Of a DNA stretch of 64,000 bases, positions 57,243-64,000 are shown in pieces. Position 1 is the stretch's first letter; each line of letters begins with the position of its first letter. The translations under genes and the position numbers were made by a program. The stretch is from Candidatus Cloacimonadota bacterium (GTDB taxonomy: Bacteria > Cloacimonadota > Cloacimonadia > G963667145). The notes under the pieces were generated by a model, which searched no databases, was not told where the DNA came from, and saw nothing but the letters and a program-made list of their open reading frames with translations. Location: the NCBI GenBank assembly GCA_963676615.1, contig OY781092.1, positions 160,001-224,000 of the forward strand, given 5' to 3'.

Positions 57243-59210
57243 TTAGGGCGTAATTCGGCGCTGTTTGTAGAGCGTGTAGGCGCTTTGCTCGATGGCGTAA
57301 ACTTTCTTGAGCAAATTGTTTTGCAAGATTTTTTCGTCGGCAACTTTTTGATTTGTCCAAAGGCGATAAAGCTCGCTTTTTTCGCTGCCGAAATCTCCCG
57401 TGAGGTAGTAGTCGCCTTGCAGATAGCCGAATTTGGAGTTGCGAACGATGAAGGCGTAATCTTCTGCCGACGATTTTTTGCGCAGGTCTTTTCCCCAAAA
57501 GCTGGCTTCGTAGCTCATATTCAGAATTCCCAAAATCGTTGGTGTGATGTCCATTTGGTTGCTTAAATGTTCGATTTTGCCCGAGCTGATGTGGTGTGGA
57601 GCGTAGAACAGAGCGGGGACGAAAGATTTGCGATAGTCGAACGGCAAGTCGCGGTGCAAAGTTTTGGAGTGGTCGCCAACGAAGACGAAAAGCGTGTTTT
57701 TGAAGTAAGGTTTTTTGCGCATTTTGCTCATAAATTGCCCGATGCACCAGTCCACATATTTGAAAGTGTTGTAGTTGGATTGCAGCTCGCCGCCGTGCAT
57801 CACTTGCCCGAAGCGGTAGTCTGGCACGGTGTAGGGCGGATGGTTGGTGAGGCTCATCATCGCAAGGAGAAACGGCGTGTTTTGGGCGAAAGCGGTGTCG
57901 GCAATTTCGATCATTTTGTTCAGAACCAGCTCGTCGGGGACGCCCCATTTATTGAGAAAATCTTGGTGATTGAAGCTCTGTCTGCCCACGAAATTATCAA
58001 ACCCCTTGTTTATCAAAAAGCCTTGCATATTGTCGTATTGGAGCTCGCCGCCGTGGCAGAACCAGGTCTGGTAGTTTTTGCTTTTGAGCACCGACGCCAG
58101 CGTCGAGATTTTTTGCTGTCCCTCGGTTTGCTCCATCATCGATTTGCCCACAAGCGGAGGCCACGAGCAGAGCGTCGCGGAGATGCCTTTGTTCGTTCTT
58201 TGTCCGCAGGAAAAAAATTGCGTGCAAAGTAGCCCCTTTTTTGCCAAAGCGTCGAAATTCGGTGTCAGATTTTTGTTGAATCCTGTGGCTCCTGTGAACT
58301 CTGCGCAAAACTCCTCCAAGATAATCAGCACGACATTGAGGTCTTTTTGCGTGCCGTGCGCGGTGACTTTTTTGTAGAATGGGTAGCTGCTGTTCAAAAA
58401 ATTTCCTGGAGCGATTTTTTTTTGGGCGTATTCGATTGCGGCTTGGTTTGTTTTGAAATAGCGAATTTTTTCGTTCAAGTTCTCTTTGGCGATTTTTTGC
58501 GAGTAGTAGATGTTGCGATAGAGGTTGAAAATCGGGTTGAGCGCCAGCTGGTTGACGAGGTTGTTTTTGGAGAAGAAAGCCTTGCCCCAGTTGACTTGGC
58601 TGTTGCCGAGGGATCCTCTTGCGGCGACGAAAAGTCCGCCTGCGAGGATTATGAAGAAGAAAAATCTTTTGCCGAGATTGAGGACGCTCAGCTTGGTTTT
58701 TTGCGGTTTGACTTTGATAATCAGGTGCGCAAGGTAGAGGTAGAGGGCGCTCACGAGCAGGAACGCGAGCGCATACCAGACGACGGGGAAGTCGGAGTAG
58801 ATCATCTCCCACAAAACGCCGAGGTTGTCGTTGAGATATTCGATGCTGGTGAGGTTCAGGTGTGAGTTGTAAACGCCGAAAAACTCAATATCCACAAGGG
58901 TTAAGGCGAAAATTATCAGGAAGCAAATCGCCAAAAGATAGCCGAAAAGTGACCTTGAGATTTGCGAAAATTCCACGCCCAAAAACGGCAAAATTCCCAA
59001 AAGAAAAAATGGGGCAAAAAGATACGCCAGCAAGCTGCTATCTAGTTGCGCACCAATGAGAAACGCTTGTGATAGCTCCTGCCACGGCAAATGCGTGAGG
59101 TCGGCAGAAAATTTGTAGAGGAACAAGCCTCTGGCGATGGTCAACATCAGCAAGTCAAGCACAAAAAATTTGCAAAAAAACTTGTAGTTATAGGGGAAAA
59201 TTGGTCTCAT
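57243..59210 (-). CDS. LTA synthase (LtaS)/phosphoglycerol-transferase-like sulfatase-fold membrane protein
   Basis: Five N-terminal TM segments, NVVLIILE, GQRT (Thr nucleophile), NHPPY, FVGDH, DI.PTIL. Confidence 0.85.
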   Translation of the reverse strand: MRPIFPYNYKFFCKFFVLDLLMLTIARGLFLYKFSADLTHLPWQELSQAFLIGAQLDSSLLAYLFAPFFLLGILPFLGVEFSQISRSLFGYLLAICFLIIFALTLVDIEFFGVYNSHLNLTSIEYLNDNLGVLWEMIYSDFPVVWYALAFLLVSALYLYLAHLIIKVKPQKTKLSVLNLGKRFFFFIILAGGLFVAARGSLGNSQVNWGKAFFSKNNLVNQLALNPIFNLYRNIYYSQKIAKENLNEKIRYFKTNQAAIEYAQKKIAPGNFLNSSYPFYKKVTAHGTQKDLNVVLIILEEFCAEFTGATGFNKNLTPNFDALAKKGLLCTQFFSCGQRTNKGISATLCSWPPLVGKSMMEQTEGQQKISTLASVLKSKNYQTWFCHGGELQYDNMQGFLINKGFDNFVGRQSFNHQDFLNKWGVPDELVLNKMIEIADTAFAQNTPFLLAMMSLTNHPPYTVPDYRFGQVMHGGELQSNYNTFKYVDWCIGQFMSKMRKKPYFKNTLFVFVGDHSKTLHRDLPFDYRKSFVPALFYAPHHISSGKIEHLSNQMDITPTILGILNMSYEASFWGKDLRKKSSAEDYAFIVRNSKFGYLQGDYYLTGDFGSEKSELYRLWTNQKVADEKILQNNLLKKVYAIEQSAYTLYKQRRITP

Positions 59211-59698
59211 AAATCCTCTTTAATTGGGTGATTTGTCAGCAGGTTAGCGATTTTTTCGATTTCTGTGTTGGCGTTATACACGGGCAGATTTTTGTATTTC
59301 AGGTAGCAGTTGGCGTAAATCCCGCAGATGCAGTCTGTTAGCTGCAAATCGGCGGCGTCTAGTTCGCTCTCCTGTTTTGCGCAAAAAATTCGGTAGTCGA
59401 ATTTGGTGGTAAGGTTTTCGCCGATTAAAAAATCTGCGTGAATTTTGGTTAAAATCTCTTGCAAATCGGTTTGATTGCTTTGGCAGACGAAAGTTTGCTG
59501 GTTGTCGCGGGCGATGATTGAGTCGGCGCCAGCTTGCTTGGCTCTGCCCGTGTCGGAGTTTTTTTTGTCGATGCTGATGGCAGGCGAGAGCTTCAGATAG
59601 GCGACGGTGTAGCCAAGGGCTTTTAGGGATTTGATGATTTTTACCGCAGTGGTGGTTTTTCCAGAGCCTTTAGCGCCTTGAATTGCAACGACTTTCAT
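59207..59698 (-). CDS. mobB: Molybdopterin-guanine dinucleotide biosynthesis protein B-like
   Basis: GAKGSGKTT, ID..NSDT.R...AGA. Confidence 0.75.
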   Translation of the reverse strand: MKVVAIQGAKGSGKTTTAVKIIKSLKALGYTVAYLKLSPAISIDKKNSDTGRAKQAGADSIIARDNQQTFVCQSNQTDLQEILTKIHADFLIGENLTTKFDYRIFCAKQESELDAADLQLTDCICGIYANCYLKYKNLPVYNANTEIEKIANLLTNHPIKEDL

Positions 59699-60771
59699 CT
59701 TTCGGCAAGCAGTTTTTTTATCTGTGCGCAGACTCGCTTGGAGGCGTTTTTGTCGCAATAATCGTAGATGAAATTTTTATCGTGCTCCAATTTTTTTAGC
59801 CGTTCAGCGCTTGGATTGCAAGCCTCCAGCAGGGCGTTTGGTAGCTGTTTGCCAGAATCGATGTGCAAAAAACTTTTCAGCCAAGAGTCGATATTTTCTT
59901 GCAAAACAGATTGCCCGTCGGAGTGTTTTGCGTCGGTCGTGTAGATGATGCCGACTTTGTCCATCGCCAAAAATTCGTTCATCACGCTGGAGCCCTCGGT
60001 GATGAGCGTGTCGGCTGCCACCATAAACGGCATAATGTTCACTTGGTTTTCGGGAATGAGAGTCAGATGCGGGCACTTTTGCGCGATTTTTTCGACGAGG
60101 CGATGCTGGCTGTGTTTGGCGTATTTTCCGCCCCAAGAGTATGGGTGCAACTTGATTATCACATTGTAATCAAGGCAGTTAGCTAGATGCGGTGTTAGTT
60201 CAAAAATCGAAGTGGGTTTGTATGACGGAGCGTAGAGGACGATTTTTTTTTGCGGGTCGAGTCGCAGCTGGTTGATGACTTTTTCCCGCGAATAACTTCC
60301 GTCGAAAAGCTGGTCAAGTTTTGGCAGCCCCAGCGCATAGATGTCGCTAGCTGGCAGATATTTTTCCAAAATTTTTTGCCGATAGCTGCCTTCCACAAAT
60401 CTGATGTAGCGTACTTTCCCGGCTTGCTGGGCGAGTTTGCGGTATCGCTGAGTTTTGATGCTCACGGCGTGTTCGATGTTGCACAGCAGGGCGCCTCCAT
60501 ATTCCTGCGGATTTTTCAGTGTGTCGCCGCAGATAACGGCGTCGAAGCCTTTGGTTTGCTCGGTCAGGCGATAGCCCGCAAATTTTTGGGCAACTTTTTT
60601 GGTTTGCGAGAGCAGAAAAATTCCCCAAAATCTTTTTTGCATTTTGCCGATTCGCAGGTAAAGTTCTAGCTGTTCGTCTTGGCACATCTGATGCCACAGC
60701 GGCGCAAAACTCATCCAGTAATACTCTTGCGCAAGGTCGAAAACGATTTTGTATTTTCTTGATTTGGTCAT
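59695..60771 (-). CDS. CDP-glycerol glycerophosphotransferase (TagB/TagF)-family protein
   Basis: GLPKLD, VLYAPS, IKLHP, AD.LIT..SSV..EF; ATGA overlap with the upstream gene fixes the start at 60771. Confidence 0.8.
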   Translation of the reverse strand: MTKSRKYKIVFDLAQEYYWMSFAPLWHQMCQDEQLELYLRIGKMQKRFWGIFLLSQTKKVAQKFAGYRLTEQTKGFDAVICGDTLKNPQEYGGALLCNIEHAVSIKTQRYRKLAQQAGKVRYIRFVEGSYRQKILEKYLPASDIYALGLPKLDQLFDGSYSREKVINQLRLDPQKKIVLYAPSYKPTSIFELTPHLANCLDYNVIIKLHPYSWGGKYAKHSQHRLVEKIAQKCPHLTLIPENQVNIMPFMVAADTLITEGSSVMNEFLAMDKVGIIYTTDAKHSDGQSVLQENIDSWLKSFLHIDSGKQLPNALLEACNPSAERLKKLEHDKNFIYDYCDKNASKRVCAQIKKLLAER

Positions 60772-61943
60772 ATTTTTTGCAAAGCTTCGCCCAGAGCGGC
60801 GATCAAATCTTTGGGGTCTTCTAGCCCAATGGAGAGCCGCACCATCGAAGGCGTCAGTCCGAAATCGGCGAGTTTGTCTTGCGGGTAGCAAAAGTGGGTC
60901 ATCGCCGCGGGAACTTCGATTAGCGATTCGCAATCTCCTAGCGAAACGGCGAGTTTGAACAGCTGAATGTTGTCGGCTAAAATTTTGGCAGATTGCAGGC
61001 CGCCTTTGGTCTCAAAGCTGATAATGCCGCCAAATTTGCCGCTCATTTGTTTTTTTGCCAAATCGTGTTGGACAAAGTCGTGCAAGCCTGGATACCTCAC
61101 ATTTTGCACTTTGGGATGTTCAACCAAAAATTCGGCGACCTTTAGGGCAGAATCGCAATGTTTTTGCATTCGCAAGCCAAGAGTTTTTATCCCTCGCAAA
61201 ATCAAAAAGGCGTTGAACGGGCTGAGCACGCCGCCGAGTTCGCACATATAGTTGAATTTCAGGTCGTTTATGTAATCTTTTTCACGGGCGATGGCGATTC
61301 CGCCGATGGAGTCTCCGTGTCCGCAAAGGTATTTGCTGGCGCTATGCACCACCACATCTGCGCCCAAATTTAGCGGTTGAGTGAGATACGGCGTTGCGAA
61401 AGTGTTGTCGATTACCACAAAAATTTTGTGCGCTTTGGCGATTTGGCAGATTTTTTGGATGTCGATAATATCGAGATTCGGATTTGCAGGTGTTTCGAAA
61501 TAGATCACCTTGGTTGCGGCGGAGATGTGATTTTCTAGGTCGGAAAGCTTGGTGAGGTCTAAAATTTTGGGCGTGATTTTGTATTTTGGCAAAAGTTTGC
61601 AGATAACGCTGTGAGACGAGCCGTAGAGCGTGCGATGGGCGATAATTTCGTCTCCAGAAGCCAAAAGTGAGAGCAAAACCGAGGAGATGGCTGCCATTCC
61701 AGAGGCGAAAGCCACTGCGCCAGCGCCGTCTTCTAGCTGGCTCATTTTGTCCTCCAGTTCCCGCAAAGTGGGGTTGTTGCCGCGCGTGTAAACGAAGTCG
61801 TCGCTTTTGAAACTCATCACATTTTGCACATCGGCAATGGAGTCGAAAGTGAAGGTCGAGCTCATCGAAATGGGCGAGTTTAAGGCTTTGCAAAAAGTTT
61901 TCGCCTCTTTTTGCCCGTGGATAGTTTTGGTGTCGAATTGCAC
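60768..61943 (-). CDS. Methionine gamma-lyase / trans-sulfuration PLP enzyme
   Basis: YTRGNNPT, SGMAAI, ETPANP, DNTFATP, HSASKYL.GHGD, AVSLGD.ESL, RLSIGLE. Confidence 0.9.
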   Translation of the reverse strand: MQFDTKTIHGQKEAKTFCKALNSPISMSSTFTFDSIADVQNVMSFKSDDFVYTRGNNPTLRELEDKMSQLEDGAGAVAFASGMAAISSVLLSLLASGDEIIAHRTLYGSSHSVICKLLPKYKITPKILDLTKLSDLENHISAATKVIYFETPANPNLDIIDIQKICQIAKAHKIFVVIDNTFATPYLTQPLNLGADVVVHSASKYLCGHGDSIGGIAIAREKDYINDLKFNYMCELGGVLSPFNAFLILRGIKTLGLRMQKHCDSALKVAEFLVEHPKVQNVRYPGLHDFVQHDLAKKQMSGKFGGIISFETKGGLQSAKILADNIQLFKLAVSLGDCESLIEVPAAMTHFCYPQDKLADFGLTPSMVRLSIGLEDPKDLIAALGEALQKI

Positions 61944-62085
61944 TTTGTCTGTTCCTTTATTTGGTAAATTTGTCTTAAAAACTTTTTTGGGCGGCAGATG
62001 TCAAGAGTTTATAATTGACGATTTTCCCGCGTTCCTTTTTTTGAAGTTTCTAGTTGAAAAAGCGAAAATTATCAAGGAGTTTGTT

Positions 62086-63345
62086 GTGCAAAAAATAGCC
62101 GAGAAAATGCAAAAAGCGGGCTTGCCAGCCAGAGTTATCGACGATTTTTTATTTTATAGACAAGAGGCGAGCTTGCCAAAAAGCGGCTATGTGAGCGAGG
62201 CGGAGATTGAGCCTTTGCAGCAGCACGATTTGGCAGAATACGGGAGATTGCCGCAAAAGAAAAAGCGCTGCCAAGCAAAAGCGGCGGTGATAAAGCTTAA
62301 CGGCGGATTGGGGACTTCGATGGGGCTGACGCGCGCCAAGAGCCTTATCAATGTCAAAAACGGACTTAATTTTTTGGATATTATCGTAGGGCAAATTTTG
62401 GCTCGCCAGCTGCAACTGCCGCTGATTTTTATGAACAGCTTTGCCACGGCGGACGACAGCCGAGCGCATCTTGTCAAATTTTCGGAGTTGCAAAAGCAAA
62501 AAATTCCCCTAGATTTTATGCAAAACAGCTATCCAAGGCTTTTGGCGAAAAATTTTGAGCTGTGCGATTTTGCCGACGAGGAGCAAAACTGGTCGCCGCC
62601 TGGACACGGCGATATCTATACGGCGCTGGAGGTTAGCGGCGTTTTGCAGAAGCTCTTGGACGCGGGAATCGATTACGCTTTCATCTCTAATTCTGATAAT
62701 TTGGGGGCGTGTTTTGACGAAAAAATTTTGCAATATTTTGCCGAAAGTGGCTTGGATTTTATGATGGAGGTGTGCAAGCGGACGCCGATGGATAAAAAAG
62801 GCGGTCATTTGTGCAAAAAAGGCGGCAAGATTATTTTGCGGGAGTTGGCGCAGACCAAAGAGCAGGATTTGGTTTTTTTTCAGGATATCGAAAAGCACCG
62901 CTATTTTAATACCAACAATTTGTGGGTGAATTTGCGGTCGTTGCGGGCGATGGGCGAGTTTCGCCTGCCTTTGATTGTTAATCCGAAAATGGTGCAAGGG
63001 CAGAAAGTTGTGCAACTGGAGACAGCTATGGGCAGCGCGATTTCGGTGTTTGAGAAGAGCAAAGTGTTGCTTGTGCCCAGAAGCAGATTTTTGCCTGTTA
63101 AAAAAACGAGCGACCTTTTGTTGATGCGTTCCGATTTTTTTGAGTTGAGCGAAGATTTTCTGCTGGAGGCTCGTTGCGATGAATTGCCTGTAATTGATGT
63201 GAATCCAGAGTTTTACGGCACTTTGCGGCAGTTGGACGAAAAAGTTAGGGTTGTGCCGTCGCTGCGGGATTGCAAGAGTTTAGCATTAAAAAATGATTAT
63301 ATGTTTGACAAGCCACGCAGGTTCGTGGGTAATTGCATTGTCTAG
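62086..63345 (+). CDS. UTP--glucose-1-phosphate uridylyltransferase (UDPGP/eukaryote-like family)
   Basis: KLNGGLGTSMG...KS, PPGHGD, SNSDNLG, D.KGG, FNTNNLW, QLETAMG, RFLPVK; GTG start after AAGGAG. Confidence 0.9.
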   Translation: MQKIAEKMQKAGLPARVIDDFLFYRQEASLPKSGYVSEAEIEPLQQHDLAEYGRLPQKKKRCQAKAAVIKLNGGLGTSMGLTRAKSLINVKNGLNFLDIIVGQILARQLQLPLIFMNSFATADDSRAHLVKFSELQKQKIPLDFMQNSYPRLLAKNFELCDFADEEQNWSPPGHGDIYTALEVSGVLQKLLDAGIDYAFISNSDNLGACFDEKILQYFAESGLDFMMEVCKRTPMDKKGGHLCKKGGKIILRELAQTKEQDLVFFQDIEKHRYFNTNNLWVNLRSLRAMGEFRLPLIVNPKMVQGQKVVQLETAMGSAISVFEKSKVLLVPRSRFLPVKKTSDLLLMRSDFFELSEDFLLEARCDELPVIDVNPEFYGTLRQLDEKVRVVPSLRDCKSLALKNDYMFDKPRRFVGNCIV

Positions 63346-63385
63346 CTTCGGACAGAAGAAATTTGACGATTTTTAAGGAGTGAAA

Positions 63386-64000
63386 ATGTTGAGTAAAAGA
63401 GCGCAAGCTATCAAATCTTCGCCTACAATGGCGGTGGCTGCTAAGGCGAAACAGATGGTCGGTCAAGGAATTGATGTGGTTAATTTTGGCGTTGGAGAGC
63501 CAGATTTTAACACGCCAGATTACATTAAAGAGGCTGGCAAAAAGGCGATTGACGACAATTTTACCCGCTATACGCCTGCTCCTGGGATGCCCGAGCTGCG
63601 CAAGGCGATTGCCAAAAAGCTGAAGGTTCAAAACAATTTGGATTACTCTTTCGATGAGGTTATCGTCTCTCCTGGCGGCAAGGCGAGCTTGTTTTATTTG
63701 ATGTTCACGATTTGCGATCCGGGCGATAAGGTGATTGTGCCGGCGCCGTATTGGGTGACTTATCCTGCGCAGATTGAGCTCTCGGATGGCATTCCTGTGA
63801 TTTTGCAGACGAAGCAAGAGAACGATTTTAAGATTGAAATGTCGGAACTGGAGAAGTTGGTGCAAAAAGAGGGCAAGATTAAGGCGATAATTTTGAACTC
63901 TCCGTCTAATCCGACGGGCAGTGTTTACACAAAGCAAGAGCTGACGAATATTGGCGAGTTTTGTGTGAAAAACGGGATTTTGATAATTTCTGACGAGATT
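63386..64000 (+). CDS. aspC: Class I/II PLP aminotransferase (aspartate aminotransferase-like), runs off the window end
   Basis: Own translation: MLSKRAQAIKSSPTMAVAAKAK..GVGEPDF..YT...G.PELR..PYWVTYP..NSPSNPTG..SDEI; not in the ORF track because there is no stop. Confidence 0.9.
   Translation, partial: MLSKRAQAIKSSPTMAVAAKAKQMVGQGIDVVNFGVGEPDFNTPDYIKEAGKKAIDDNFTRYTPAPGMPELRKAIAKKLKVQNNLDYSFDEVIVSPGGKASLFYLMFTICDPGDKVIVPAPYWVTYPAQIELSDGIPVILQTKQENDFKIEMSELEKLVQKEGKIKAIILNSPSNPTGSVYTKQELTNIGEFCVKNGILIISDEI

Noticed and set aside
61807..62085. Long N-terminal extensions in the ORF track (UGPase, also hpt, gpsA, TagF-like, mobB, rfbB)
   Set aside because: They overlap neighbouring genes; downstream starts with an RBS or stop/start coupling fit the family N-termini better.

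Overview
Bacterial chromosomal window from a diderm, LPS-producing organism (LptD, MlaD, GmhB, RfaE2, WaaL, GT9s). The gene mix suggests an anaerobic FCB-related lineage such as Cloacimonadota, but this is low-confidence inference. Housekeeping content: rqcH, serA, tilS-hpt-ftsH, tRNA-Arg(CCG), tRNA-Gly(CCC), nth, a HisA-HisI-HisE fusion, rpiB, gpsA, a glmU N-domain gene, UGPase and a partial aspC. It also holds a three-gene surface-lipoprotein cluster with a 2687-aa DUF285/BspA repeat protein, a partial Na+-type F1Fo operon, a P3A-type H+-ATPase, a SWIM/SNF2 helicase and a roughly 17-kb LPS/rhamnose cluster with two embedded MNT-HEPN pairs. Two observations stand out. (1) An extra 249-aa rotor gene made of three fused c-subunit hairpins, none retaining the ion-binding carboxylate, lies between atpB and a normal Na+-type atpE. 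(2) The tetramer ACGT appears to be missing (by-eye scan, not computed). No integrase, transposase, reverse transcriptase or CRISPR array was seen. All calls come from motif recognition; no database searches were run.
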